NCBI GenBank assembly: GCA_951406725.2
Contig: OX597838.1
Location: forward strand, 20,398,001 to 20,462,000
Length of the DNA: 64,000 nt
Reading direction: 5' to 3'
From: Octopus vulgaris
Lineage: Eukaryota
The notes beneath the pieces were generated by a model. It was given only the letters and a program-made list of their open reading frames with translations, was not told the origin of the DNA and searched no databases. Positions 26,781-61,850 of this stretch are shown here, one piece after another; the first letter of the stretch is position 1; each line of letters opens with the position of its first letter. The position numbers were made by a program, and so were the translations under genes.

Positions 26781-27010
26781 GTGTGTGTGTATGTTTGTGT
26801 CTGTGTTTGTCCCCCCCCCCAACATCACTTGGTAACCGATGGTGGTGTGTTTACGTCCCTGTAACTTAGCGGTTCGGCAAAAAAGACCAATAGAATAAAT
26901 ACTAGGCTTCCAAAGAATAAGTCCTGGGGTCGATTTTCTCGACTAAAGGTGGTGCTCCAGCATGGCTGCACTCAAATGACTGAAACAAGTAGAAGAGCAG
27001 AAGAGTAAAA
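26584..27010 (+). mobile_element. tRNA-derived SINE family A (representative; ~20 copies in window)
   Basis: Head GGAGTGGCTGTGTGGTAAG..GGTTCA, CCTTGGGCAAGT body, central (TA)n, tail GGTGCTCCAGCATGGC..ACTGAAACAAGTA; other copies at 232-780(+), 4290-4693(-), 4915-5577(+), 11422-11779(-), 17349-17706(+), 18045-18417(+), 30994-31436(+), 34359-34697(-), 38716-39050(-), 40980-41409(+), 49174-49573(-), 54460-54847(-). Confidence 0.85.
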
Positions 27011-27945
27011 ATATTAAAAATAACTAAAAAAATATATGATATAGTACTGTTTCTACTTGACGGATTTTCACCTATCACGGGGGCTTTTGGAATGTAACAT
27101 CCACGATTTCAAAGGATTACAGTATATAATCCTATCAATATAAAAAATAGGATGACCTTAGATGGAACACAGAGCTATTCTTCATTGTGTTAGATCTTAT
27201 GTTTTATCTTGTTTACTATCTTAAATTGACCTTGTCCACTGTCTGCAGTAGATTGTGATTGCTATCTGAACTAAATCATGACTGTTTTCTGCAATAGACT
27301 GTGACTGCTGTTTGCAATCGTCCCGAATAGAACTTTTATGTTTTGTGTGTTAAACAAACTGTGTCAGTTAGCCCAAATTGATCATATTCTCCAATCAAAG
27401 TACACCCTGAACTTGTGTCCAAAACTACCCGTGTCCTCTGTTTAAAGTAGACCTTGTCCCTTTAGTCAAAATAAAGCAATACCGTAAATCTTTGAAAAAC
27501 CTAAACCATGTGTATAATACATACTTCTCTAACTTGAGTCGTGCGTAATTGAGCCAGCAGCACCAATAATGGTGATGTTCTTAACTGTTATATGGGAATG
27601 TAAATATGTTTGAAAATTGTTTTTGTTACATGTTATTCTGTGTTCTGAATACTTTTATTTTAATAAATGTTGCTTACTGCAAGTTATGGACGATTCTTTT
27701 ATGACTTCATTGCTTTCAGGCTTAGCTTAAAGTATTTTCGCGCCCGACATCACAAAATGCGTCTGAATAAACATTGCCGGACAGCAAATAGAGACTAGGA
27801 CATTGCTTAGAAAATATTTTTCATTTTTAACCCCGTATATAGTATGCACTAGGGATTTTGACCTTTAAATTTTGGGGAAAAAATGCAGATTATACTCGGG
27901 GATTTATGGTATTAATGATTTTTCTTTCTATCTTCAGATTTTAGA

Positions 27946-49721
<21,776 letters not shown>

Positions 49722-52700
49722 CACCCACCCAGGCGGAGCCGTAGCTCCGAGCAACACCACCCACACCACCGCTCTCACCAACGCTGCCACTGCTATCATC
49801 TTCATCATCGTTGTCGTCGTCATGCCAACCACCACTACCATCACTGCTACCAACAACAAACAACAACAACAACAGCAGCAGCAATGGCACCACCACCAAC
49901 AGCAGCAGCACTTCATTGTGGATGGTAACTGTTCAAAACCAGTAATGATGATGATGATGATAATGAGGACAAATGTGGTGGCGGTGGTGGCTGTTGTAAA
50001 GATAAAGGGGACGATGGCGATGGTGACAGCAGTGTCGATGATGATGATAATGATAATAGAGATGGTGATAAGGTCACAATCGACCTCTGCTCCCACATAC
50101 ATGTGTGGCTAACTAGATTCTTTCTTTCGTTTTTTTTTTCTTTTCTTTTTCACTTTGGTCACTAGGATGAGTTACCCCTGCCCCTCTCCCATCATGCTAT
50201 GGCCCCTTCCTATTTCTGACCCCTTCCTCACCTCTCTTCATTCTTCGATTCCTTTCTTTCGTGTTTTTGTTTGTATCCCAGACTTGTAGTTGTGGCAGGA
50301 GTATTATCTGCAGTGGTGGTGGTGGTGGCAGTAGGAATGTCATTTGTGGTAGTTTTGGTGGTGGTGGTTGGCTACGAAAGGTGATGGGTCATGTTTTGTA
50401 CAGCGGTAGTAGTGGTAAGAAGGCTGTCCTGTGGCCGTTTGGAGTTGTGCGCAGTGGTGATGCTGGTGGCTGGAGACACGAGTGCAGTCATGCATGACAT
50501 ATGGGCTGCAGTGGATTTGTTGCATGAATCCCTGTCATTCATGCATGAAGGGATTTGTGTAACAATCTTGTAGGCAAGCACATCCAATTAAGCGATGCTT
50601 TAATTTGCTTGATCTGCATCTCTACCACTGCACACAACCGATGCAGCATTTTGCGGGTTTGTGCAGTCGTGTGACCATGGCACTGTTCCTTCTCTCTCAA
50701 ATTGCTGACCTTGTGGAGCCTAAGAAATTATATATATATATATATATATATATAACAATGGCTTCTCAATATTGTATTTAAGACTTAAGCTAGGTTGCGG
50801 TTGTCATTGTCTTATTTGTTATCTGATCAAACTTTGGTCAAGGAGGTAGCTCAGAGAATGCTTAGCAACAAGAGCTCACAGTGTAGATACGATACTTAAT
50901 AAGTCAGTCGTTCATATTATCACCTGTTGTCAAGGTATTTAGGATCTTTGACATGTCTGCTCGGTTCACTTACCTGTGTAGGTGAGTAGGTTATGGGTGT
51001 GTGTGCTTTTATCAAGTCCGAGCTGTGGTTGAGACGGGGTTCCCCATATGGTTGATCTAGAAAATCGGCAGTTCAGATCTTGTGTCTGGTGGGTGGTGCG
51101 TTGAGTTTTTTTTTTTTTAATCCAGGCCCTCTTAGATCCGTTCTCAATGACCAAGAGAATCGACCATGTCGTTCGTTTGTATCTGATGATTGGTGTAAGT
51201 CACGGCTGCAGCACTGTTGGTGGTGATGGTCATACATGGCACCTTACTTTGGCAGTTGTACAGTCTACTTTTATTTACATCTCCACTGTGTGTGTGCATG
51301 CGTGCGTGCGTGCATGCGTGTCTCAGGTGAGAGGATAAGATGCAGCTTTGAAAAATTGCTATATATATTTGCTTGTGCAGCTGCAAAATGGTGTGGTGTT
51401 AATGGTAGTGATGGTGATGGACACCTACTAGTTGTAGGATGTTTGTTATTAAAGATTAGAAAATGCTACAAACACCTTGATGTCTTATTGTTAATATCGT
51501 TGTTTTCCCTGCCCCTTTTCAAAGTTTTTTTTTCTTCTTTTTCCATTCATCACACCCACTCCCTGTTTTCACTCCACCTTCATCATTCAAGTCTCCTGTT
51601 AATTGTATGCAAGACTCCTCCCTCCCCCAAATCTCATCTCTGTCACTTTCGTTTCATTTGCAGATGTTGTTATGGTTGTGCAAGAAAGGGGCAAAGTTCT
51701 GTAGTGAGATAAGTATGTGTGTGTGTGTTATGGGCGTGTCCATCCTGCTGTTGATGATAGTGATGATGAACTCCACTTCCTCCCTCCCTTTTTTTCCTTT
51801 GTTATCCATAGCTGCAAATATGTAAATTATTATCACTTTGCAAATCATCTCTCACCGCTACTCTCCTGCCCTCCTCCCTCCCTCTCCCTCTTCCTTCGTA
51901 GTCACTACTCTCACTACCAGCTTACAGCTACCAACAGCAGTGCTACTCTCCCCCACCTCCACCTCTATCACTATATTGTCCCCCCTCCTCTCCATCACTA
52001 CCACTGTTACTCCTGCCGCCACCTCTGCTACCACCATACCACCGCCTCTAACACAGTCTCCTACTACCACTGCAACCCTCAACAACAACACATACCTGAC
52101 TTAATGAATTAATGTATTTTTATTTCTTGTATTTTTGGTCCCTTCACCCCTTCCTTTTCTTTTTCGCACCTTCCTTTCTGTAACCCTCACTTCTGCTCTT
52201 TCTCTCTCTCTCTCTCTCTCTCTTCCTCTCATCTCTTCTCTCTTTATATCCTTTCAATTTCTCTTTTTGTCTCCCTCCACTTTTTCTCACAAATCTTTGT
52301 TTTCTTTTATTTCCTTGACACTCTCTTATATCCCTGCTAATTGGCTCCCTTCACCATCACCACTACTACTACTATTACTATCTCTATCATCATCATCATC
52401 TTCAGCATTAGATAAATTGCCTTAAAAGGAAAAAAAAAAAGACATCACATGGTCCCTGCAAAAAAAGAAAAAACCCCAAAAAACCAAAAAAACCAAAAAA
52501 CAAAGACTTCAAAAACATAAACAAAAATATCTAAGTTAAAAAAAAAAAATGCTTAAAAAATATTTCAGGGGTCGTAGAACCCTGTCTTTTTTCCTCCTCC
52601 CAAGTTTCCCATTTTACCTTCAAATCTCTACAGTTTCCCCCTACCCCCCACCTCTCTAAAGACCTTCGAAAATTGAGTTTGAGAATAAAGGGTGTAGAAA

Positions 52701-52750
52701 AGCTTTTTTTACAAACATTGGTTATAATAATATTAATCTATAATAATAAA
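49722..52750 (+). other. Probable long GMPS 3' UTR, candidate poly(A) signals AATAAA at 52684-52689 and 52745-52750
   Basis: ~3 kb almost free of the SINEs that saturate the introns; AATAAA hexamers at its distal end. Confidence 0.45.
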
Positions 52751-53670
52751 AGTGAAATTTTGTCTGTCCGTCTGGGACCCCTGTATCTCGGTCTAAATTT
52801 GCTCTACATAGACATATACTTTTTTGGGAATCATGATCTTGGGATTGAAAATCTGCCCTTTATTTGGTTTTAAACATCCAGCATTGGGATCTGATTTAAA
52901 AGTACCTTGGATCGCAGGACGGCCTGCTGTGCTTACCTTGGATTGTAGGGCGACCTGCTGTGCTTGAGGAGACCTATTGAGTCAAGTACATCAACATCAA
53001 AATAAAAATGAAATGGAAATTGTAGTTGTGGTACTCGTGCTGGTGGCATGTAAAAAGCACCATTCGAACGTGGCCTATGCCAGTGCCGCCTTGACTGGCC
53101 TGTGCCGGTGGCTCATAAAAAGCACCAACCAATTGTGGCTGTTGCCAGCCAACCCTGGCACGTAAAAAGCACCCACTACACTCATGGAGTGGTTGGTATT
53201 AGGAAGGGCATCCAGCTGTAGAAACACTGCCAGATCAGACTGGATCCTGGTGCAAATTGTCCAACCCTTGCTAGCATGGAAAGTGAAGTTGAACGATGAT
53301 GATATGACATCGAAGTCAACAGATCAGTGTTCAGCTTTTGCTGAATGACCTTTACAACTGATTTGTGTATAGTGATCAATTGTATGCGCTGTACATTAGC
53401 TCACCTCTCTCCATCATTTCTATGTGATCAGAACAGGTGCACTGTGTACCACAGGTCAGATGTCGAAATGATTGCAGAGCGACTTGAAAATGATGTGTTT
53501 TGCTCAAGAACAATATACATTGCTTGGTCCAGGAATTGAACCTACGGTCTAACGATTGTGAGTGTAACGCCCTAACCACTTAGCCAATAACCTTCACAGT
53601 AGATAAATAGCCTTAAAAGGAAAAAAAAAAAGACATCAAGTAGTCTTAGTGACAAAAACAAAACAAAATG

Positions 53671-53713
<43 letters not shown>

Positions 53714-53766
53714 TAGATAGATAGATAGCATACTTATATAACATACACATGTACATATGTATATAC

Positions 53767-53812
<46 letters not shown>

Positions 53813-53839
53813 CATACATATATAACATACATATGTACA

Positions 53840-54450
53840 TATATAAAATTTCTGATAGGAGAATTCAAAGAAAAAAGGAAGCACAGCAGGATGAACAAAT
53901 GAAAAGAAATGGAATGGCATGGATTGAAAATGTTGGCAGTTAAGCCTGCTGGGTTTAGTTGGGGGATGGAAACTTGAAATGGCAAACAGAAACGTTAATT
54001 ATAACTGCTCAGGAACAAGCCCTTTGGAAAAATTTGATAAAGGCAAAGATCGACAAAAGTCAGTCAGACAGCAAATGCAGAATCTGCAGGAAAAGTGACG
54101 AGAGTATCAGTCACACTTTCAATGAGTGCAGTATACTAGAACAAAAGGAATACAAGTGCAGACATGACTGCATAGGCAAAAGAGTGCATTGGGATGTTAG
54201 TCGAGTATTTGGTTTCAAAACTAGAGAAAAGTGGTATGAACCAGGGTCTGTTAGAAAATGAGATTTACAAGATCTTGTGGCACTTTGCTATGAAGACTGA
54301 CCATACTACTGGGGTAAGAGGACCAGGCAGGATATAGGGAACAAAATAAACAGTGTATGATCAGATTTTGCAATTCCTTATGATAGAGTTGATACCAAAG
54401 AAATGGGGAAAAGAAAAACAATGAGAAATGATGGGAACTATTTAGGGAGC
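53840..54450 (+). mobile_element. R4/Dong-like (restriction-like-endonuclease) non-LTR retrotransposon fragment
   Basis: TETLIITAQEQAL..CRICRKSDESISHTFNEC (CCHC knuckle)..YKCRHDCIGKRVHW..ILW. Confidence 0.78.
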
Positions 54451-55639
54451 TGAGAAGACTCTTACTTGTTTCAGTCATTTGACTGCGGCCAGGCTGGAGC
54501 ACTGCCTTTAGTCGAGCAAATCGACCCCAGGACTTATTCTTTGTAAGCCTAGTACTTATTCTATCGGTCACTTTTGCCGAACTGCTAAGTTACAGGGAAG
54601 TAAACATGCCAGCATCGGTTGTCAAGTGATGTTGGGGTGACAAACACAGACACACATACACATATATATACATATACATATGTATGACGGGCTTCTTTCA
54701 GTTTCTGTCTACCAAATCTACTCACAAGGCTTTGGTCGGCCTGAGGCTATAGTAGAAGACACTTGCCCAAGGTGCCACGCAGTGGGACTGAATCCGGAAC
54801 CATGTGGTTGGTAAGCAAGCTACTTACCACACAGCCACTCCTACGCCTATATAATAAAGATAATTTAAAAAACTTGCTCAACATCACGACGAAGAAAGCT
54901 GTGGATTGCGAATTGTTTTGACTTCGCTTAAAGAAAGGGGCTGAAAAAATTCACTTTTTTTTTCATTCTATTTTATTTTTATTTATGGGGAGGGGGCCTG
55001 ATATTTGAGTTCAGACGCTAAAGTGTTCAAGCGAAGAGATAGTGTCTTTTTCAAGCAAGTAGAATGCAAATGTAAACATTTCCTTGTTGACTCGGTCCAT
55101 TTAACTGCTATTTCTAGCAAAAAGAGGTTCGATAGAGCAAGGGTCCTCAATCACCGGAATGCAGAGAAAGAATAAAATTTTGAATTTTCTGTTTTATTGA
55201 CTATCACAATCTACAGGGTAATTTTTGCAAAAATATATGTATTATATTATGATCTTTATTGTGTTTTGTTACGTCCATGATTCACTGGCCTGTGGAAATA
55301 TTGTCTTGCGTGAAACCGGTCCGTGGTACAAAAAAATTTGGTGATCGCTGATAGAGAGGAATCTGTTGTATAGAAAAATATTTTAGCTCCAAGAAAGCAC
55401 TTGTGAAGAGGTAACAAGACATTTACCTCTCTTGCTTTTAGATTAAATTTTAAATCCCATCACAGAGTTTGTTTTGTATTACTTGATTAATCTCCGAAGA
55501 TCAGCCTAAATCAACGCATTGTTTTACATACGCAAGACTCTATTGTATTTATATTTCCTTTCCGTCATATTGTTGTTTGCAGGAAAACCCGAAAGGGTAA
55601 AAGAAGTTTGTGGTTAAATTATCTTCAATTCAGTATTCT

Positions 55640-56030
55640 ATCCTCACCTGTGGTCAAGAATGTAGAGTAATGAATGAAAGAGTACAATTGCAAATACAAG
55701 AGGCCGAAATGAATCTCTGGAGTAACGTTATTCGACAATGTGCATAGCTCAGACATCAAGGAGTCCCTCCATATCGAGCCTCTATTTCTCCGCATTGAGA
55801 GGCCACAGCTCCGGTGCTACGGACATGTGATTAGAATATCGAAGGAAAGGATTGCATGACTTTTTTTTCCAGTTGAGCCAACTTCGAGGAGACCTCGGGG
55901 TAGATCAAGAATAAGATGAGTTGATAATATCTATAGTGTCAGTTGTTCACGCTTGGGAATCCTGCCGTCAAATGAGGGTTGCTTCTGATAGGACCTTTTG
56001 GCGGAGTTGCCTGAAGTCTCTACTCTTACG
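55640..56030 (+). mobile_element. Degraded RTE-type LINE 3' fragment
   Basis: IQEAEMN..IERPQLRCYGHVIR..RPRGRSRIR. Confidence 0.65.
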
Positions 56031-56579
56031 ACACTCTTATATTTTATTCGTTTTAGTCTTTGAACTGCAGCCATACTGGTGCTCTTCCCTCGAAGCGTTT
56101 TGATACTTATTTCAGTCTGACACTGATTTCATCGTTCCCCATATATCGAATTGCATCCACTTTGACGTAAAGAGATACTCAGGAAGACCCAAACGCAAAT
56201 CCACAGAAATATATACCACGGGTTTCTGTAGTTTCCGTTAACCACATTCTTCTCAAGGTATTAGTGAACAGGGCCTGTAAGAGATGGTAGGGCTGTTCAT
56301 TAATTCGGGTCCGATGAGATACCCTTAATTCTTTGGGCCCCTCTCTAAAACCTTATAGCCCCTTCATTTCAAGAGGATTTCACTTGCCGGGATCCCCAAG
56401 CACGTTTCTTCCTCTTTGGCAAATTTCTCCTGGCAGCTCTGTTGGTCAATCTGAAACTGCAGTATGAGACACTTACCCAGCATGTTGCACAGTGAAACCT
56501 AACTCGGAGTCACGAGGTCACGAGCTCCAGGAATAGTCATGCGGTTACCAGACAATGTAGAATATGTAATACTTTAAAC

Positions 56580-56768
56580 CAGTGGTTTTCAACCAGGGTT
56601 CCGCCAGTACAGTCCAGGGGTTCCGCAAGAAGTTACAAAACTGCTAAAATCGGCAGTAATTTTTAATTCTCCTGTGCAGAAGACTATTAAATTATTGCAC
56701 AGAGGTTCCCCGAGCCAGTGGAAAGTTTCCTTGGGGTTCCGCTCCAGCAAAAAGATTGAAAAGCACTG
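56580..56768. mobile_element. hAT (Charlie-like) MITE
   Basis: TIRs CAGTGGTTTTCAACC / GATTGAAAAGCACTG and exact 8-bp TSD CTTTAAAC on both sides. Confidence 0.85.
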
Positions 56769-57598
56769 CTTTAAACGTATGCATTATCTCGCTTAGCAGG
56801 ATAAGACAACAGCAAACACAATAGCCTCGTCCCGAGAGATAATTTATAAGGCGGAACGAGGTTACTTTCGGGCGCCATTTACGAAGCATCAAATCTTTTT
56901 CACTCGAATTTACAGAGTATTCCTGTACCGCTCCAGTGTGGAGGCCTGGATATAGTTTCTTAACTTACTAAACATAACAGCTTAATCTCCCTCAAGCCAT
57001 ACACTACGGTTTTAACAAAGGAAGGACATATTGAATAAAAAAAACTAGAACGTCTTTGATCCCATGTCTTCTTAATTACGATTGATATGAGGCAGAAAGA
57101 TTTATTCACCTCGCTATGTAGGTAAATTGGGTGCTCGCATGAGCAAGCAGTTACACGGTTCGATTTGCTAAAAAATAGCAGCCAAAATCTCCCCTAATGT
57201 CGACCCTCCCTGAAGCAGGAAAAATTAAGTTGCAGTTGTTTAGACCCAAGTAAGCCATAATAGAGTAAATTTTCGATTCATTACTTTTGAGTAATGACCA
57301 TAGTGTCTTTCTCATGTTTTCAGTTACAGAACATCCAAACCACATATGGGAAAGTATCTTGCCATACTATTTTCAGCAGATCGAAGTGCACTCATTATTG
57401 CTGCTGTTAAACAAGATAACTGATGTCGTATCCTATATAACTACAGATGTTGATAAGGTAGATGTGAAATTGTATTAAGCGAAGCTTAATCAAGGTTGTG
57501 TTAGCCACAGAGAAAGGGAAAGAACTCTTCCCATTTTAGATAATTATCAGCTTAAATTTTCTAATCTTGTATGTTTTGGCCAGGAATTATGTCGGTAA

Positions 57599-57991
57599 CT
57601 AGCAATATCGCCCAGCGTTGCTCGGATTTGTTTCGACCCTTTAGAATTGGAATTTTTGAAAAGTAAAAAGTTTGCATTATGTAGCTTGTTATTCTCTTTA
57701 AGTGAACATTTTTCTGGTTGAAATACACCGAAAAATGGCGACACAGCAGTCAAAAAATCATAAAAAATCGGGATTTTCATAGAAAAAAAGCACCTTTTTG
57801 ATGTAAATAATTTTTGGTGTTAACATGGTCCGATTTGAATTTTTTCTTCTACGGAAGGAAGAGCAAGCCTTCTTCTATCATACTCTCAATTTTGGTCAAC
57901 TTACGCCACAGGGTCTAGGAGGAGATAGTGTTAGTTGAAGGCTACCAAACCTGCCCACACACAGACAACTTCAGCTTTATATATAGAGAGA
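57599..57991 (-). mobile_element. Complete non-autonomous Helitron (~393 bp)
   Basis: Minus strand A|TCTCTCTATATATAAAGC... start; ...CCGAGCAACGCTGGG-cgatattg-CTAG|T end. Confidence 0.85.
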
Positions 57992-59819
57992 TAATTCTTA
58001 TTACATATAAAGCTATCAATTCAGGAGAGGGAGTCAACTCAACCGATAATATTACTCTCAGTATATGAATGGTGCTTTTTTTCAGCCGATTATATCGCAC
58101 TTAGTTGTTTTTTGTTTATCGATTCCGAAGGGATAAAAAAACGAAGTTGACGTAGGTGGGATTTGAACTCAAAACGGAAAGAGTAAATACTGTATCCCAT
58201 TTTTTGCCCGTTATTTTAACGATTCTGCCAAACAACAACTCGTTAGTGTTGAATTTAGACATAAAGTTATTTATTTTGAGGAGAGGCAGTCAGTCGATTC
58301 GATCGATACAAATATTTGGCTGGTACTTGCTTTTATCGATCCCAGAAGGATGATAGGCAAAGTTGAAACCAGCGGGATTCGAATTCAGAACGTAAAAAGC
58401 CAGAACGGCGACCTTTGACTTTATGTACATAGAACGTCTGCACTAATGAAACCAAAACAATCCGGCAAAATACAAAAGTAGACATGGGTATTCTGAGTAA
58501 ACGAAACGAATACTTAAATTAAATGGAAATATTTTAATATTCTCTTCGGTTTAATATTTTCACATTTATTTCATAACTTCGTAGGAATGTTTTAGCAAAA
58601 ATAATAATTCTTTCTACTATAGGCACAAGGCTTTAAATTTTGGGGGAGAGAGCTAGTCGACTATATCAACCCTAGTGCACAAAATAAGTACCAGTTGAAC
58701 ACTGGCGCCCCAACGCTCCCAAAATTTCACGCCTTGTGTCTATAGTAAAAAGAATTCATTTACTTGTTTCACCGCCTTTAGTCGAGCAAATCGACCCCAG
58801 TACTTATTCTATCAGTCTCTTTTGCCGGGGACGTAAACTCACCACCATCGGTTGTCAAGCGATGATGGGGGGGGGGGGGGACAAACACACACACACATAT
58901 ATATATATGTATATATATACATATATATACATACATACGACGGGCTTCTTTTAAATCCACTCACAAAGCTTTGGTCGGCCCGAGGCTATAGTAGAAGACA
59001 CTTGCCCAAGATGCCACGCAGTGGGATTGAACCCGGAACCACAGCCACTCCTGTGCCTATGGGAATAGTTATTATTGTTTAGGGGTTAGTATATTTATCT
59101 GGTAATTCTTGCTATTAAGATTGCCTACGGCATAACCGTTTTGTAATAAGTTTATAGAAATGTGGCAGTATGATTTTTATTTTATTTATTGGCTTTCCGA
59201 AATAAATGTGCAAGTAGGGAACTTCTTTGAAGAAATGATTTTAAATTGGTTTCAAAGTCCCTCACAAAATTCAAATAGTTTTGTTTGTCCAGTTGCTAAG
59301 TGACTGGGTTGGCAGTATATATCTCCAGTATTAGAGAGTAACCGTTCTACTTGTAAAGGCGCCAATTTTAAGGTTTGTGTTTTTTTAATTGCATTTGTTA
59401 TTGTTCGTATTAGAAGACATTTCTTTCTTGTATTAATTCGATCATTTCTGAATTGATTCAAGTTTCAACTGTCGCTCACGCATGTACAATTAATTCATGC
59501 AGAACTAATGTGTGAACGTAGGGATGGTTCGAGATGGCTGGAGGAACACAAATGACTTTTTTTTTCTTCAATTATAATTCCGTTTATATGTACGAGGCTT
59601 CGTGGGAATATATTAGACTTTAATGTACACCTGTTCACTATTCAGTTTTTACATGGCAGATGAGGAAAACAGCATCAAGACCTTTTTTTTTTCGGTCCTC
59701 TGACCGTAGCGAACGGGTATGAGGGGAAAACATCACCGACAGATTAGGTGCTGAACTGGGGTTCTTACCGAGCGACTGATTAAGTGTTAATCACATGGTT
59801 TAATAATAATAATAATAAA

Positions 59820-60255
59820 AACATTGTGTACAGTGCTCAGGTGCACTACAACTCATCTAAAGTGTATGTATAATCAGGTGTAGTTTCGGCGGATTTCGGA
59901 AAGCATGAGGGCCTTAAAGGATGCAGTGTCATGGCAGTCAACAACTGACGCAGGCAGTTTATTCCATGCTTCAGCAATTCTGAGCGTGAAAAAATGTTTC
60001 CGAAAGTCATGGGAGCTGTGCTGTTTTCTGACTTTATAGGCATGTCCACGTGTGTTAGACACATGAAGATCAAAAAGGTGTTCAGTGTTGTTATTGGTGA
60101 GGTGGTTGATAACTTTGTGGGTGTTTACCAAGTCCATCGCCAGACGCCGGAGCTTCAGTGAATCCATGCCCAGGGAAACAAGGCGCTCAGAATATGGTAG
60201 GTGTCTGATGGAAGGTATGCGTTTGGTTGCACATCTCTGAACAGATTCCAGGAGG
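59820..60255 (-). mobile_element. CR1/L2-type LINE 3' end fragment (same family as 8985-9405)
   Basis: MDSLKLRRLAMDLVNTHKVINHL..TRGHAYKVRKQHSSHDFRKHFFTLRIAEAWNKLP, adjacent (TTA)n tail. Confidence 0.82.
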
Positions 60256-60355
60256 TCAATGTTCTAAGCAAGATAGGGTTGCTATGTCTGATAATTCAGA
60301 ATCCAGGACAGTTATCATCACCCTTCGTGGCTCGCCCAACTGAGTTTGGACCTTT

Positions 60356-60550
60356 GGCGTAGAATACCTAATAAAACGTATACGTTTGAAAGCATACTTT
60401 TTTCGAGAATGGACCCCAGGAAGAAACTTCCTTACCTCAAGTATAGCTTCACCACACAAAAAAAAAAAATGCCCACGTCAAAATCAAAGAATTGGAAGTC
60501 TTCGAAAACGACCTAATAAATATGATTAAAAAGGTAAACTTTCCCCGTCG
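60356..60550 (+). mobile_element. Penelope-like element ORF relic
   Basis: VEYLIKRIRLKAYFF and IKELEVFENDLINMIKKVNF resemble the region N-terminal to the RT domain of PLEs. Confidence 0.6.
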
Positions 60551-61387
60551 GTACTCTACAATAACAGACCTGGATATCGACTTCATTATGCATGCCAGAA
60601 AATCCTATGTTTTGACAGATCTTTTTGGGTAAAATGTAACAGTCCAGAGCTATTATGGACATATGGGTGAGTTCACTATCTTCGTAGCTAATGTGTAGTT
60701 TGTTGTTTTAATACGACAGTGTTCGCAGTCTTGGTTGAAGTGATGACGTCGGTGGTGGTAGCTTGTTGATGATTGTGTCTGTGTGTTTGTTCAATAGTAG
60801 CACGTTAGCGCGTCGGGCGAAATGCTTAGCGGTATTTCGTCTGCGTTACGTTGTGAGTTCGAATTCCGCCGAGGTCGACTTTGCCTTTCATCCTTTCAGG
60901 GTCGATAAATTAAGTACCAGTTGCGCACTGGGGTTGATGTAATCGACTTAATACCTATGTCTGTCCTTGTTTGTCCCCTCTGTGTTTAGCCCCTTGTGGG
61001 TAATAAAGAAATAGGTATTTCGTCTGCGTTACGTTGTGAGTTCGAATTCTGCCGAGGTCGACTTTGCCTTTCATCCTTTCGGGGGTCGATAAATTAAGTA
61101 CCAGTTACGCACTGGGGGTCGATGTAATCGACTTAATACCTATGTCTGTTCTTGTTTGTCCCCTCTGTGTTTAGCCCCTTGTGGGTAATAAAGAAATAGG
61201 TATACAAAAGGTGTTTTTACGTGCTACCTGGTCAGGCAATGAACTTTTCCGTCAGCCCTCGTAATGTCACAGAGAAACTTAACATTGCAACTTCCTGTTT
61301 CTCTTCCATCTTATAATCAGCCGAACCAAATTAAGACATCCTCATCATCATCCTAAACATGTTCTCCTTTGCAGGACTCCTTTACTA

Positions 61388-61423
61388 ATGGATGGGAAAT
61401 TAATTAAGAAGTTCAAATCTCCG
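61388..61423 (+). CDS. First coding exon of downstream gene (MDGKLIKKFKSP), probable SWI5-like DNA-repair protein
   Basis: Acceptor ttctcctttgcag ends 61374; ATG 61388; CCG|gtaaga donor; phase 0 matches the next exon. Confidence 0.6.
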
Positions 61424-61747
61424 GTAAGATTTTCTTACTCTTCTGCTTGTTTAAATCATTAACACTCTGGTCATATTAGGGGAATCTTCATGAAGGGGTT
61501 TTTGTTGAATAAATCAACCCCAGTACCTATTTTTTTTTTACATTTTTGAAAGCCTGCTTTTATTCTGTTCGTCCCTTTTGCTGAACTTCTAAGTTACAGG
61601 GACATAAGTAAACTAACGCTGGTTGACAAAGCAGTACAGGTGGATAAACACAAAGACACACATGCACATATATATACCGGAGTAAACACATAAATGTGAA
61701 ACAAGGTGGAAAAAAGAGTACTCAAATACCAGGGGTAGAGTAATATG

Positions 61748-61850
61748 CTTTATTTAAAAGCAGCAGAAATTCAACAAAGCCTGTTACTCTGAGTTTCACA
61801 TTCCCGTTCGTTGGACAGTTTTGTTGAATTTCTGCTGCTTTTAAATAAAG
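61748..61850. repeat. Perfect 31-bp inverted repeat with 41-nt spacer
   Basis: CTTTATTTAAAAGCAGCAGAAATTCAACAAA / TTTGTTGAATTTCTGCTGCTTTTAAATAAAG. Confidence 0.9.
61781..61818 (-). ncRNA. Hammerhead-like motif (CC[A]ACGA core) at the tip of a 31-bp inverted repeat
   Basis: Minus strand ctgt-CCAACGA-acg(ggaa)tgt-GAA-actc(a)gagt-A^-acag; same ACTCAGAGT stem III as the 16.9 kb motif. Confidence 0.5.

Noticed and set aside
49822-50112. Poly-Q/poly-M ORF and antisense poly-C/L ORFs
   Set aside because: Triplet repeats in the GMPS 3' UTR; no independent gene signals.
59655-59780. Possible C/D-box snoRNA (ATGAGG...CTGA)
   Set aside because: No canonical RTGATGA box C with a terminal stem or recognisable rRNA-antisense element.
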